Below, piece after piece: positions 38,260 to 51,306 of a DNA stretch of 56,329 nt. The stretch lies in the NCBI GenBank assembly GCA_002633005.1, contig NMRA01000316.1, positions 336,194 through 392,522 of the forward strand, given 5' to 3'. The notes under the pieces were generated by a model. The model was not told where the DNA came from. It made no database searches and saw nothing but the letters and a program-made list of their open reading frames with translations. A program made the position numbers and the translations under genes. This stretch comes from Phoronis australis (Eukaryota > Animalia > Phoronida). Position 1 is the first letter of the stretch, and every line of letters begins with the position of its first letter.

Positions 38260-39158
38260 AAACGCTCGTGCTTAAAGATATTTTACTGTTATCAGTGATC
38301 ATTGATAAAAAGATACCAGGCATGAAAATTTCCTGTCCTGGCGTGTTAAACTGTAGGTCCTGGGGCGATAAATTTTGGCTTTGAGTATATTTTTTGTCCT
38401 GCAGAGAATTTAATTCTTGAACAGAAAAATTGTGTCTTGGAATTTTTTCCGCTTTGGCTTTCCCATTAGCCCCACCGGAATGAGCAAAAATTTCCACCAT
38501 CTGTGAGGTAACAGACGGGTGTTCAAAACGTTTCACATCCCCTCCGTCCTTGAGTTAATTACATACATTTTGCTCATTGAGCAGAATCGGTAATCGAAGT
38601 TTTGTTGATGAAAGGTAGCTCGAGGTCATGCCGTCCACGCAGCGAGTAAAATTAGAACAATTTACTCCTGGAACGTGCTGTCATTGGGTTTAGTGTAGAC
38701 GCTAATTAGCAGGGGCAACTAGCTAAGGGGCAAGTTGTTCTAGGGTACTGACTCGTACTATGGGCACGACCTGGGCATCGAAGTTGTTAAAGCCATCATC
38801 ATCTTATCAGGTGTCACTTGTCTTGCCGTAGGGCAACATTCCAATAGCTGTGTTGTAAGCTATGCTTTTGTTGGGGTCTACTTGTTCTGTGGACAAGCTC
38901 AATCGCCCTGGGACCATTGCGCTGTTTTCGACAGGGATGTGCAGTCAGTTGATAAAAGTACTTCTAGTGAAAAAGTGGATCCTTTTGTTGTCGGGTAGTT
39001 TTCAGATTAGCAGTACGATTGTAAGCTTCAACGAGAATATGACACCCTTTGGTGGAGTGGGTAGTACAGTAGATGACATCAGGACCCAGTTTTTAACCTC
39101 AAAATTGAACCCTTTGGTGGGTGAATATTTTTTAGAATCGGTTGCAATACTAGTGTAA
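38260..39158 (-). pseudogene. possible decayed coding sequence of unknown origin
   Basis: The minus strand reads as long protein-like segments (e.g. KGFNFEVKNWVLM, DDDGFNNFDAQVVPIV, KRFEHPSVTSQMVEIFAHSGG) separated by a few stops and frameshifts. GC is higher than in the flanks. No family recognised. Confidence 0.3.
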
Positions 39159-41197
39159 AACATTCAGAATTCCGTTTTTTTTTCGTAATGTTTATTACGA
39201 AATCTTCGATTCAATGAATATACATAACCCAGAAAGCGACAAGAGGCATTGTATCTGGGTTAAAAAGTACAAAGAAATCTATATACAATTATTTTTACAC
39301 AAATACATAAATTAAAAAAAATGTTGTTAAGATTACAATGACATATGATTATAAAAGTAAATAAATCATTTTCATACACATGTACACAATTCTATCCACT
39401 CACACAAAGAGATTTAATATTATAAAGAAATTTTGATACTATTTCGAATAAAACCTTATTTTCATTTGGGTTGAGTTCTTGAAAAAATGGTGGTCACTAG
39501 ACAGCAGGTCTAGAACGGTAGACGCTACACGCACATGTCAGACAATTTGAAATCATGGAAATTTGAATTAAAATTAATACGTTCGCAAGATGTAATTGAA
39601 TTTATACATGTGGTATTGGCGTTGTAAAGCAACTGAATCTTTTAAAATTCTAACAATAAAATGTTTACTTAATGGTATTGTAGCATGAGAATCGCAGAAT
39701 ATTCAAATTCTGGTAAACATCATACGTTTTCAGTTCAAGTTTCACTTTGAAATTGAATGTTTAGGCATGGAGTATTGAAACAAATTTTAAAATCAAATCG
39801 AATGTTCAATTTGAAATTGAAAAATGAAATGTCAATTGTCACTATTCAAACGGGTACTAATTTTAAGTTTGTTTTTTATTTATATTTTTAAAATTATTTG
39901 TCATCCAATATTCTAAACGAGTGAAAATTGAAACATGGCCGCAAGCGGTTTATTGTTCTTACTTTCATTTTACAAACTAAAATCGTCTATGAAATATGTA
40001 CCAATTTGATTTAAGTTTTATACTTCAATTTGAATGGAACCTGTACGTTATTATTAAGACACACATGTTTATTGTATAATCTCGCACAAGTAACGTTGAA
40101 AGTCAGAATGCTGTTCAAGCCAGGACAATGAAAAAAACCTGGGAAAGTTAGCAGGCGTTCGCCGCCTGGGTCTACCCGTCAATACCATGTTATGCAACTA
40201 AATATGATATTTGTCTCGGTGTTTGTTCAAGCTGAATATTATAAAATACTTGCAACTTCGCACTATTACAAGCATAATCGCCCGTTTGTATTCAACCATC
40301 CTTGTGGTCAAAGTTTTGTATAGGTCTAAAGATCGCTGCTCACGTCATCACGGATTACAAGTGGTGCAGTTGACGCACATATTCGTGGAAGTTCTCGCCT
40401 CAATTAGCCTTTTGAACCGAGGGATCATCTCTTCAACATTCAGTTACCCCGGTCATTACATTTGCAATGTGTATAGAACACTATTATTTACCGTAAAGAA
40501 GCCGCGGTAAACAAAACACGAACTTTAGTACAATTGCTCACCAGTGTGCGCGGACCCGATGGTGGGGAACACTCGAGTATGACGGCAAAGAGACATGTGC
40601 TGTAAATCGTTCATAACATATAGAAAGTCGACGTAACTGCGCAAATTACGGTAAATGAACATTTATTTTTAAGGCTTCCTGGTTTTGACTGCATTAAACG
40701 GAGAATGTCTGTGTTCTCTTTGAACGCGATAGTGTTGTCGGACACGAATTTGGCGAATTAAGCAACCGTGATTCAAATTAATCCAATTTCTCTGTGTTAT
40801 ACATATTATCTATGCTGTCAAGTCCCAAATTTCGCATACCCTCGCATTATTTAACAATAAAAGCGGTTCGGATTTTTCCGTGGAACGTGATTAATTTTTT
40901 CGTGAATACCATTAGATAATGAAATCACATGTGGAATTGGAGATTGTCGTCCCGTATAAAAGTTTTGTTTCCATGCACGAATGCGAAAATTCCTGTTCTT
41001 CATAATTTTCCATTTATTTTTGTTCAAGGGGACTAAAAATTGACTATTTTATATTTTAGTTTTATGTAGGAAGCCTATTGTGTCTTAGGCACTGGTAAAT
41101 CTTTATTATGACCCCAATACAAAATCGATCGAATTGTGCACCATACAAATATAACTGCGATTACTATAATTATTGTTTTAATGTTCAATTGCAGTGC

Positions 41198-42079
41198 ATG
41201 ATGTGTCGACCCAGAGCAAGCGCTACAGACATGAAGAAGGGGCTTAAGGTTCAGCAACAACAGTATGAAAGCATAGAGCCTTTGAAGTTAACGCCTCGGC
41301 TGCGCTCATCGTATCCTCCCCCCTTAGTCAAGACAAACAGCCAACCGCTGATGCTAACAAGAGAAAACGACGACGCCAAGATCACCCCTGAGTTACACGT
41401 ACACGGCTCGCAGGCCAAAGCAGCCTTTCGAAGACGCGCGCACACACTAGGCGAAAGTACTTTGCGAAGAAGTGTCCTTACAAGGCCATCATCGGCGATT
41501 GACAATCAGTTGCCACGAATTCCGCTTGAAAAGCAACGCGAGGCAGATAAACGGAATTTGCATTTATCAGAGAACGTCCCACATTGCCCGGTGCCGAGAC
41601 CTCCGCAAACGAAATGTTTGGTCAACCGAATCAAAAGTTCCAAGACTGTGACTAAACGGTATAAAGAGAAAAATGACATCGTCCATACCAACTACCAAGG
41701 ACCCCAAGAGTTACTGAAGAGCGGTAACTATACGGCGGATAAAAGAGCGAGCCGAACGAAAGGAAAATCCAAATCCCAACTCGTACTGCAGTTCCCTTAC
41801 TTGAAACGTTTGCTGGCATATAAAGAACCCGAGTTCGAAACAGCGACGTCCAATAACAATTCTTCAGAAACTGGGGATAATTGGGTTAAAGAGAATGAAA
41901 AAACAGTCGATGAATTAAATCACGATTCCCTGGAAAAGATCGGAACTAATGAGGAGGCGGAAAACGAACTTAGTCAAGAATTCAATGACTACATAACGTC
42001 CTGGCTAGCTGACGTAGAAAGTGCAATCAATTTGGCTGAAAACGATGCTGCTTTGACATCTATTGTCGAAATTAGATGA
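41198..42079 (+). CDS. uncharacterised 293-aa hydrophilic protein (single coding exon)
   Basis: Acceptor ttcaattgcag|tgcATG at 41194/41195 and an 882-nt stop-free frame in AT-rich surroundings. Motifs RRRAHT and C-terminal YITSWLADV. AATAAA at 42467. Confidence 0.7.
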   Translation: MMCRPRASATDMKKGLKVQQQQYESIEPLKLTPRLRSSYPPPLVKTNSQPLMLTRENDDAKITPELHVHGSQAKAAFRRRAHTLGESTLRRSVLTRPSSAIDNQLPRIPLEKQREADKRNLHLSENVPHCPVPRPPQTKCLVNRIKSSKTVTKRYKEKNDIVHTNYQGPQELLKSGNYTADKRASRTKGKSKSQLVLQFPYLKRLLAYKEPEFETATSNNNSSETGDNWVKENEKTVDELNHDSLEKIGTNEEAENELSQEFNDYITSWLADVESAINLAENDAALTSIVEIR

Positions 42080-43860
42080 GAATTTTAGTAGTATAAGTAT
42101 TCCCACCGTGGCGATGCAGTATAAGATATGCTATTTAGGAAAGACAGGTTGTCTTTGGAACCAGGAATCTGTCGACAACGCCAGTCACTAACGACTGAAA
42201 ACTAGTGAGAGGATAGTCTCGCTTGCATCTTGCCCGATTTCCTCGCCTTCGCAAGCACGGCTAGCAGAGTGTCAAGTTGTTTTCCGCGGACTTGCGCAGA
42301 AGTACGCATTTGACGAGGCCATTCACGGCACTGGTGCTGGACGTATTCATGAAAACTGCAGAATCCTGAGAGTTGGATCTCGAGCGCCGTGTATAACGCG
42401 GGGTTGCTATTCTAAAAGCAATTACTGAAAATTAAGAAGACGCGACTGATGTCTCTCAGTCAATGAAATAAAACTGTGTCTGCGTTGTGAGAACTGAAGC
42501 CGAAGTCGACGTCCGTACGTTTAGACCTATAACAGACGTTCGTGTTAACGAGCTTCTGAACATTCGTCAACGAAAAGACAAAATATTGATTTTAACTTAA
42601 AAGTAGCAATTTGCGTTGTAAACGCAATCTCATTTGTAATTGTCAGAAAGGACCGGGGGTTAATATTTGAACGGCGGAACAAGAGTTCATTTCGCCTTGC
42701 CAGACTAAAAATGTTTGTAGTCTGTCATTAAACACTTGGACTTTTGCAATCTGCTAGTCACGACGTAGGTATTTAATTTCAAACGTTTTTCACAATGGAC
42801 CTCTGGCATAGCCGTGACGCCTTAACAATCAGTTAGATGGGTTTCTTTGTAAACATGAAACTCTTAAGGCCATCCCTTACGGAGATCCTACTGTGTACGA
42901 GCTCAGCTGTATGCCTCAAGTTTAGCTAAGCTGATTGAACAGTTTACGTCAAAGAGATGACTTGCACATATATTTCGCCGCTAGGATCACTTTAGTAGCG
43001 TGGGACGTTCCGGTCGACAGTTTCCTGTGTATTTGCCATAGGCTGGGTTTGTCTGTCTCTTGCTTGTTTCTCGAAAGTTACCTAATGGCAGGCCTATGTG
43101 AATGATTATTGGTATTTGTTGAAAAAATGTTCGCTTGATCAATGGAGATTGTTTGAAGTTTGCTCTTTCACGTATTTTACGCATTAGATTGCGTTAAAAA
43201 GGACATTTTCGTTGTACGGCCGAAACACGGATTTAGGGTCGGATTATAGTTGGCTGGCGTTTTTGAAGTTATTACTTTGACCAGCGCTATAACACAATAA
43301 AATCCGTTTTGGGGAATTTATTGCATTTTTTCAATTCTCACCGATGTCTGCCAGAGGCATTCGCTGATATCAACGGGTTTGAATTTACCAGTTAATTACA
43401 TTTGGCTTAAAATAATCTCGTCGTTTTTGTTTCGAATCCGTAACAGGGCTGATTTCAGAAAATTAGTGTTCTCGCCGGTAATGTCAATTCAAAGTCTAGA
43501 TCACTGTTGAAACGGAGTGCTTTCACTTTCGTGTGCCCCGAATTGGCAGCAAACCAAGATGCGGAATTGCATTTTTCGTTGAATTTGCTATTACTTGTGC
43601 GAAAAGGATTGGCTTTTTATTGTTCTGCTACGTGTTTTCACCGATATATTTTAAGGCATCAAAATAATGAGTGCACTACAGAAACACAGCTGCTGTTTAT
43701 GCCCCGCCGCGATGTAGGTATTTCAGTTCCTTCAGGCGAGAGTGACAATACCTACCGAGAGGTTCTTCATTGACAGGGAAGAAACTTCAATACTGAGTTT
43801 TCGGCATCCAAATCACAATGCAATGGAAATTTCAGTCAACTTAGAAAAAAACAGCTCGGA

Positions 43861-44255
43861 GTGTGATGTAGTGTGATGCGGTGTGATGTGGTGTGAACTA
43901 GTGTGATGCGGTGTGATGTGGTGTGAACTAGTGTGATGTAGTGTGATGTGGTGTGATGTAGTGTGATGTGGTGTGATGTGGTGTGATGTAGTGTGATGTA
44001 GTGTGAACTAGTGTGATGTAGTGTGATGTAGTGTGATGTGGTGTGATGTAGTGTGATGTAGTGTGATGTAGTGTGATGTAGTGTGATGTAGTGTGATGTA
44101 GTGTGAACTAGTGTGATGTAGTGTGATGTAGTGTGATCTATAGTGTGATGTAGTGTGATGTGGTGTGATGTAGTGTGATGTGGTGTGATGTGGTGTGATG
44201 TGGTGTGATCTAGTGTGATCTATAGTGTGATGTAGTGTGAACTAGTGTGATGTAG
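43861..44255. repeat. 10-bp minisatellite (GTGTGATGTR)n, about 39 units
   Basis: Directly visible, with variants GTGTGAACTA, GTGTGATGCG and GTGTGATCTA(TA). Confidence 0.97.
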
Positions 44256-45137
44256 CTTTAAATTTGATAGTAGAAAACAATTGAAGCATCTTCCTTCAGT
44301 TATATATCATTTGACCGCCGGAGCCGGGGGAGCCACCAGACCAGAAACTCACAGTTGCCATTTCTTTAACAAGGGATTTTGAAAGAGCCGTTAAGGCAAT
44401 GCAGCACGGACCTCGTCACCTCGTACCGCATCATTTCAAAATGTAACTCCAAAGCATGGTCCTAAGAAAATGACCTTCTTCCCAATTGGGCCGTTATAAA
44501 ATGAATCTTGATCTTAAATCTCGTTTGATATAACCCTACGTTGTGTCTACAAAATTCCGAGGACTGCTATTTCTCCCACAATTTGCAGCCCGCTCCCTGT
44601 GGATGTGTAAGCTACGTGCCTGCGAAATCAGTGACGACCGTGGGGGGGACAGGGCGTTATCAGGAACTTGGTCGGGGTCAAGTGGGTGGTCATACGTTTT
44701 GCGAAGTCAAATTGGCTGTGCTGCAATAATTTTACTTTCCCTACCGGCCTCGCCGAACACGGACTAAGCTGGTTAACGTTTCACAACTGATGACGTACAA
44801 CACTTTAAGGAACCCAGTCCAACAAATACGAAACTATATATGCATATCCATAACATTTCCCTCACAAAATCCAATCACTAATACAGTCTGAAAACTTTAA
44901 TTCAAGAGTAACTGCAAATGTGTATTAAGCACAAGTTGTCAATATTGAATACATGTAGTAGAGTCCATGTTGTTCACAACTATCGATAAACCAAAAGGTA
45001 CCCACTCATGCAGGACTTTACCGCAAGCAGGTGGCGCTATGCACCAATCACGGGGTTTGTCGCTTTATCGCTGGAGAGGTGTCAGTGTTGCGCGTATACG
45101 TGAACTTGGAATTGAATATTCATTTGGGCAATCACCC

Positions 45138-45320
45138 TCAGGTGATTTTTTTGTTCAGTGTCAAGACGTTGTAATTTTTGACCTCATTATCACCCATTTC
45201 AACCTTTTCCGTAACTTACGCCAAAGAATCGGAGGAATATGTACATGGTTAAATCAATTACTATTTGGTGAATAAGATCGCCAATAGTTGAAAACAGATT
45301 GGTTAAAATTTATATCATTT
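45138..45320 (+). repeat. dispersed repeat family D (second copy inverted at about 55660-55860)
   Basis: tcaggtgattttttgttcagtgt.aag...atcacccattt...ggaggaa...aagatcg.caatagttgaaaa...ttggttaaaat is shared with the reverse complement of 55660-55860. Confidence 0.7.
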
Positions 45321-46204
45321 TATTAATACGTATTTTGATTTAGTGGAGTGCAAATTTTTATCAATGTGAACGGGATTACTTGAGTGAACTTGTCAAGTAT
45401 CCTCGTGTACAAACATGCAAACTATAATGAACACTAAGTCTGAAATACTACCGTTTTAACATACATGTACTAGGAAAATACGATTCTTATATTATTAAAA
45501 TATTACTGAACACTACAATCTAAAATACTTTAAGGAATGAATGACTTATACGTATTCCTGAAAAGGACTGCTGGGTTAGTCCTGAAAAGGGCTGTTGTGT
45601 TGAGTTAAATTATACAAAAAATTCACAAAAATCGCAACAAGGTCTATCAACGTCGAAGCCGGCTGCCTGCTTGTTTGATTAGCCTACCCTCAATGTAAAT
45701 AAGACGCACTAGCCGTTACCCCTGCTTTCGTACGGTTACTAAAGCAGCCAGTGGGAAGCGCCGAGGGGAAATAGTGTGCAGCAGCGGTATTCTTTCCCCA
45801 GGCAGTAGAAATTTCTTTCCAGAACATTTGACTCTGCCGTAACACAAAGTACGGTACAGTAATCTGGCAGACTTTCTTTAACGTGACTAAATTCAACTAA
45901 GAATGCATTTAAAAATACTGCATATTACACAAAGTATATAGATCGATGTATTTACAAAAGTTTCTTCATAAATGTACAAACTGAGTTAGAAAGCCAGCTA
46001 GCTGTATGGAGACTATCGTCAATAAACAGCTACGTAGCCGTGTGTAGAGCTCCGTTAGACACCGAAATTTCACGCAACCCGGGTGCTCAGCTCGTCACCT
46101 CGTCGTGAGCTAACGACCTGCAGAGTTGCATGCAGAATCTGGGAATGAATCGACACTCACCTTGCCAGCTACAGCAGTTTATAGAAGTAAAAAAAAAAAC
46201 AATC

Positions 46205-46293
46205 TAAATATAGATTATTACATGGCAAAAGTCGTTATCCCCCGTTATCTAGAGCCCGAGTGGATTTGGGAGAATTATCGCCCGAGGGGCGTT
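46205..46293. repeat. single arm of the hairpin repeat at 49678-49846
   Basis: Near-identical (about 3 differences) to the reverse complement of 49759-49846. Confidence 0.85.
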
Positions 46294-46642
46294 CCTAAAA
46301 TTTTGCGATATCTCTCGAGATTTTGTTCTGAAATTGGGTTTTCTGGTATTAAAATATTAACAATTAGTGACGAAATGAAACCACTTCCGATTGTTATGAC
46401 ATGTACATGTATGCAACCTCACAGTTGACTGAAGAACATGGAAATTGGTCAATAGGTGACGTAATGGCGCCCAAAAGAGCGCATCGCAATTTTAGCAACA
46501 GAATAATTGTAGAACGCCAATTTCCCAACCCGTAAATAATTTAGAGTAAATTTTTTTAATGGGGCATCATTAATTTTAGCGACAGAAGCCCAAGGGAGTG
46601 AAATTAAGCAATGGGTGTGACGTCACCCAGGCCGTTGAGCCG

Positions 46643-48187
46643 ACTCGCTGGTTCCCTGCGTGCTGCTAGGTGGTCAGTACCCAGCACGCTGGCTAGGCAC
46701 GTAGGGAACGAGCGAGTTGAGCCGATGGACTGACGTCACCCTCACTCCGCGTCCTAGAAAAAACGACCCGCGAGAAAAAAATAGAACACCTCGAATCCAC
46801 ATAGGGGGCCGGTGCAATACCTGCAAACCAAGGCGGTGCCGAAACGGGAGCAACGAAGGTCTGTGGTGGAGCGGGGGAGACGGAGTTTGTGCAAACGATG
46901 CACACAGATGACTATTCAAACCACTGCGAAGCGGGGTATCACATGTACACTCCGCGCCACCTCAGTGTTTGAGGTAAAGCCTTGGCTGAGTGGGTACATG
47001 TACCTTTTGCATCGATAACTCAGTTTTTGTCCAGTCCAGTAGAACCTTTGATACGAATCACCAATCACAACGCAGCAACGGATAGAGCATGCATTTCCAC
47101 CATTCATAAATCCAACCTGTCAAGAGGCTTCACGTGACGTCCAGAGCGGGTGATTATTGGCGGAGCCAACTCCTGGTTGATCACTGGGCTGCTGTCAACA
47201 ATTGTACTGCATTTGTCACTGATCTCCATATCATGGAATCGTTGCACTGATCTCAACAGAACACCTCTTCTAAAACAACATTGTCTCGACCAGGAAGTAC
47301 TGTACATGTACACAAGGTTCATTTAAGAAAAAATCAATTGACCCACAGATCCTCACGTCAATGGTTTAATTTTGAAGACCGGTGGGTCACCAATTGTGTC
47401 TGCCGTTCATGTATGAACTTTTTTTCTTGCATTTTTGAATGCTTTAGCTGAGCTTTTGCCTGTGTTAATACCCTCTAGAAATGTAAAGATCAGCGTGTTT
47501 CCTTCACATGATGAAATCCGGTAAAATCCTAACCACTGACCTTTTTGTGTCTAGGCCTTCCATTCAACATAGAACTCAGAGTGCCAACTCCCGCACGTGA
47601 CCTGTGTATTATACTCGCTGGCACCCTACGTGCATAGCCAGCACGCAGGTATCACGCAGTGGCACGCGTTTTAGTATTGGTAGATGTAACCTCAGCAGTC
47701 ATTGGTTAGCTGTACAACACCGTGGAAAAATGGCGGACTGTGATCGATTTTTAGCATTGTCATGCAAGTGGCGTCGCAGCAACTATTTCGTTTCTGCAGT
47801 GATAGCCGCGTGCTTGAAGCACGTACATGTACACGTACAATAAACACATATCTGGCCGATATTTAACCGGTGTCTCTGTATGAATACAGGACAGTATCGT
47901 AAACAAAAGTCGTCGACAGTAGAAAGATGCACTCCGAAAAGGCGCAACCACAATTTCTAGGATTCGCATTTCCCGAACAAAAATTTTAAGCACCAATTTG
48001 TCTGATAACAGACCACATTTTACACTTCAGTCCATCACTCATGCCAGTTTGTTTGCATAAAGCGATGCCTGTTGAGAATTCGACTACCCAATCAGAAACG
48101 CCGGTGTACAAAAATTTCCCGAAGAAAATTAAGCGATACATGCGTGCTGGCTCTGACCACCTAGCGGCACGCAGGGAGCCAGCGAAT
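46643..48187. mobile_element. unclassified element bounded by ~46-bp inverted repeats
   Basis: actcgctggttccctgcgtgctgctaggtggtcagtacccagcacgc (46643) versus gcgtgctggctctgaccacctagcggcacgcagggagccagcgaat (48142-48187). A third partial copy lies at 47613. Confidence 0.7.
47104..47290 (-). mobile_element. Ty3/gypsy (Mag-like) pol C-terminal remnant
   Basis: Ends in ITRSGRHVKPLDRLDL*, the typical TRSGRxVKPPxRL terminus after the integrase of invertebrate gypsy elements. Confidence 0.6.
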
Positions 48188-49677
48188 GTATTATATTGTT
48201 AGAGCTTACGATCCCGAGACTTGCAGCGAGAGTTTGCACAGTGAATTCCGGGTTGCCTGCTCGACTAAGTATTGATCGAGTGTTGTTATTATCAAATTAG
48301 ACACCGAATACCACTTCTTTCCGTAAAATATTGTAACACCGAATTTTTTGTCGAAAACTCTAAAAGTGGCTCTAAGACTGGAGCTGGAAAGATATCAGAG
48401 GCCAGACTATCCCCATAAGATATAGTCAGGTCCACAGTGCAGTGCGTATAAGGAATGACACCCGACAGTCGAAAAAGCATAGGGACCCCTATAAAGCTTC
48501 TCAAGGCCAAGGACACCAGTTTGCAATTAAACACCTTGCACTATATTACGCTCTATGGGTCTCGAATAGATGTCACTTTTCCAAACATGTGGAAAATATA
48601 TTGTAATGGTCTTTTTTATCACTTACAGAAACAATGCGACAATGCATCGAGTACATTCACAACATGATAAAACAATTTAAATTTCTTAAATTGCCATCCA
48701 AGTGGTCAGCAAGTACAACAATTTCCAAAAAGTCATCAATTTCTACGGAATGTGGTAATCTGTCAAAAATGTGGCCACTTCAAGTCTATGTTAAAGGGGC
48801 CCTTCAGTTCCTTTAAAGTCCTGGTCTCAGACTGCCCATGTGGTTCCAGTATCCGAAAATACTTACTACATAAAATATTATTTTCGACACCCTTTCTTTA
48901 TATTCGTTTCGCCTTTCTTGCCAAAAGCGATTTTTTAACAGTATTTGACCCTTCTCTGTGAGCGTATAATTACCGGCTGTCATCGGTTATTTCCGTACAC
49001 AATTTCGGCTCATTAGTTCAGGAACTTGTCCTGAAGGCCGCCATTATTTCCTTGCAACTGAATGTGCTAACGCTTGCTCGAAAAGTCTTCATTATTTGTT
49101 TTATACCACAATATTATCATCAAATAGCGAATACAACCGTGTAATAACCCATAAAGTTATCTCACTAGTGAGCACGCGCAATAATCGCACGTTCAACAAA
49201 CCGCATTGTACTGTACTTATACGCTACGAAAAATAAGACACATAATGTCCATAAAAATGATATCTTAATTCGGTGAAATTTTTCTCTCATGTCCTCTTAC
49301 TTGTAAATCACCGATCTCTAGTTTGAATGCGGGTATCGTGTCGTCAGGATCTTTGACTTGAGAATTATATTCAGTTACCAGTGGTAACCTACTTTAGCAG
49401 ACGATAATTTCCCGGTCGAAGCTTAGCGTGAAAAAACGTGTTTTAAGCTATAATAGTTGGTAAACCTTAATTTATAAATTCAATTTATTTCTATAATATT
49501 TAAGTTTTCAATTGGTTTTGAGTAAAAGCATTATTTGACAAAAATAGCCGGGCTTTTCTTAAAAGGTCACGACCTCCGACCCCGGGCCTCTGACATAGAA
49601 AGTAGTTACAAAGCCGTGGAGAGTCAGAAAAGGTAAATCGAATCATTGCAATGTTTCTCGTTTAGTATGTGGTATAA

Positions 49678-49846
49678 ATAGATTATTACATGTCCTCAGC
49701 CGTTATCCCCTTTATCTAGAGCCCTCGTGGATTTTGGAGAATTATCACCCTTGGGGCTAACGCCCCTCGGGCGATAATTCTCCAAAATCCACTCGGGCTC
49801 TAGATAACGGGGGATAACCACTTCGCCATGTAATAATCTATATTTA
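49678..49846. repeat. ~165-bp imperfect hairpin with a 4-nt loop
   Basis: atagattattacatg...gttatcccc.ttatctagagccc..gtggattttggagaattatc.ccc..ggggc-taac-gcccc...catgtaataatctat. Confidence 0.9.
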
Positions 49847-51074
49847 TTAGTAATATCTCGTGATTCGTTTGTGTGTGTAGTGTATTTATAGTTTGTAGTT
49901 AGTGGTCGTTGATTTTTTGGAATGTTACGCGTACTTATTATGTTAAAATAGGATTGGTGTTTAGTTCGTTACGTAGGGCGGTCGAACCCAGGAACCAATA
50001 TGACTCGAAACAATTTTTTCCGTTTTGATTTTTCTTCCCGTTTTGAAAAAGTGCTTTGCTATCATCGGAAAGGTAAGGCATTGTACTCAGTAAAAATCGA
50101 AAAGTATCAAAATCGAGGTAAGCACTGTAAACGTATTGCAATTTTTGTGGCGAAATTTGGGTCACTTTGTTTGGATCGCGTCGGCCATATTGGAGGACAG
50201 CGGTATAATTTACGAGTTTAAAAATTGTTTTCGCTAACAATTCACGGTGAAATTTAGTGAGACATATCTTTACTTACTATTCTGCACAATTCAACAGTGT
50301 TCACCAAATTTCAGCCTCGCAGTTGTTACTCATTAAGTGATTAATGTGCTCACAATTCCCGTTGGACGGCACCGACAACATGGCGACTTTTGGTGAACTG
50401 GAAGGCATGTTCAACCTGTTACTTTGTGATTTTTGAAGATTTAACGTTGATACATTTTGACAAACGTTGCTACAAAAAAGGAATTTGTTCAATTTTCGTG
50501 TGTTTTGTGCAAAAATATAAAATAATTCGAATTATTTTACTGTGAATTTCCCATTCAGGTGATATTACACTAAGCTAAAAAATAGTTGAAATAATTTTGA
50601 AATGGTTTTTTGTTTGACTGTCAACTGCTGTTCAAGGCTTGATTAGGTGTCACAAAATGATTCATATTTTTCTAAATTTTAAGTCTCAGTTGCTTTCATG
50701 TCATGTTTTGTAACTTATTGCTTCTTAACTCAGGTTCTCATGTCAACAATATGAATAATATTAATTTGAGAAGTAAGCTATGTTGGATTGTGAAGCTTCA
50801 AGGCTCCAATTCTTGTTCCTTGCAACTTCATATTTTTTTAATCATGCTTGTCAAATTCTGGTGTAAGGAAACACTATTCGGTCACCATGATAATAGTTAC
50901 ATGTACAGCTGTATGTCCATTCTCGTGGAAACTTTTGCTGTTGAGTAGTGTTTGTAATGCTAAATGTTGTAAAGTATTGTGCATTTTATGTTACTTACCC
51001 ATGTTAAAAGGTTGAATTATTTTGGCTTAATGAATATAATATTATAACATTTTGTATTGGACTTGTGATACTTA

Positions 51075-51306
51075 TGTGCTTGAACGAGCCCCCCATTTGG
51101 AGAAATGGAAAAAGGTCTGCTTCAGTCAGAGAAGCACGAACTCCGAAAAAAGTAGAAAACGAGACGATATTCCACTAGAAGACAGGAAGTGTCAAAATTT
51201 AGCGTCTGCAATTCATAACTCTGAACATACCCAGTGAATCTTATAGTAAAAGATAGACATTCCCAAAAATTCCAATCCACCATTTTTTAAAGCTTGGTGC
51301 GCTCAT
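51075..51306 (+). mobile_element. hAT-like MITE, family C (5'-truncated)
   Basis: Aligns to 32050-32277 and ends gcttggtgcgctcat. Confidence 0.6.

Noticed and set aside
39540-40040. TTCAA/TTGAA-rich AT tract
   Set aside because: Probably a decayed MITE interior, but no termini or periodic unit could be defined by eye.
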